DNA of 35,104 nucleotides from Pseudomonadota bacterium (GTDB lineage Bacteria; UBA10199; 2-02-FULL-44-16; JAAZCA01): NCBI GenBank assembly GCA_043798915.1, contig JAZDOG010000038.1, positions 1 to 35,104 of the forward strand, read 5' to 3'. Shown piece by piece: positions 34,847 to 35,104 of this stretch (position 1 is its first letter; each line of letters starts with the position of its first letter). The notes under the pieces were generated by a model. It saw only the letters and a program-made list of their open reading frames with translations, ran no database searches and was not told where the DNA came from. The position numbers and the translations under genes were made by a program.

Positions 34847-35104
34847 CTACACAATTCTCATACCGTTTTTGCGTATGGCGTGCAGGATTGGCAGATACTT
34901 GTTTTTGCGGTAGTCTCTGAGCGAGATGGCAATCGGTTCGATGAGGGGGTCGATCCGATGAGCCAGTCTCTGCAAAAAACATCCTTCCTCGATCGGGTCG
35001 GCACCGAACTTCTTTGAAACAACGCAAACGTCTATGTCGCTATCGCGGCCGCCTTTTCCAGAGACCCGCGAGCCGAACAGGATTACAGCATCGACGGGGA
35101 TGCC
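34847..35104 (-). CDS. Minimal nucleotidyltransferase (MNT-type) domain protein, 5' end outside the window
   Basis: Not in the ORF track. Manual translation GIPVDAVILFGSRVSGKGGRDSDIDVCVVSKKF...IEPIAIS...ILHAIRKNGMRIV* shows the GS..DxD pol-beta motif. Confidence 0.85.
   Translation of the reverse strand, partial: GIPVDAVILFGSRVSGKGGRDSDIDVCVVSKKFGADPIEEGCFLQRLAHRIDPLIEPIAISLRDYRKNKYLPILHAIRKNGMRIV

Overview
A GC-rich bacterial chromosomal segment. Gene content and order suggest a deltaproteobacterial-type lineage (inference). Housekeeping blocks: spoIID-queA-tgt, a diguanylate cyclase, uracil-DNA glycosylase, a Zn-phospholipase C family gene with an MgtE-N/CBS gene and an Nramp-like transporter, split coaC/coaB, rsmD-coaD-aminotransferase-aldolase, tlyA, xanthine-dehydrogenase-family subunits, and guaD-yacG. 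The ORF track missed two edge-truncated genes: tgt (left) and a minimal nucleotidyltransferase (right). Highlights: (1) a bacterial homolog of the tetraether lipid synthase Tes/GDGT-MAS. (2) Two tandem orphan, effector-like genes with unrelated N-termini that share a ~115-aa C-terminal module, behind a GCAACTTT..GCCGATAA promoter motif that occurs three times in the window. (3) A ~2.9-kb island bracketed by two inverted copies of a ~230-nt hairpin element with compensatory base changes. Its two Bro-N-family genes each carry a perfect DNA palindrome at an apparently equivalent coding position. (4) Short palindromic and heptamer repeats inserted in frame into four housekeeping genes. (5) A Y1/RAYT-type transposase with a sigma54-type promoter module that is also found in the island. 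No rRNA, tRNA or CRISPR array was seen. All family assignments are from motif recognition by eye, not from database searches.
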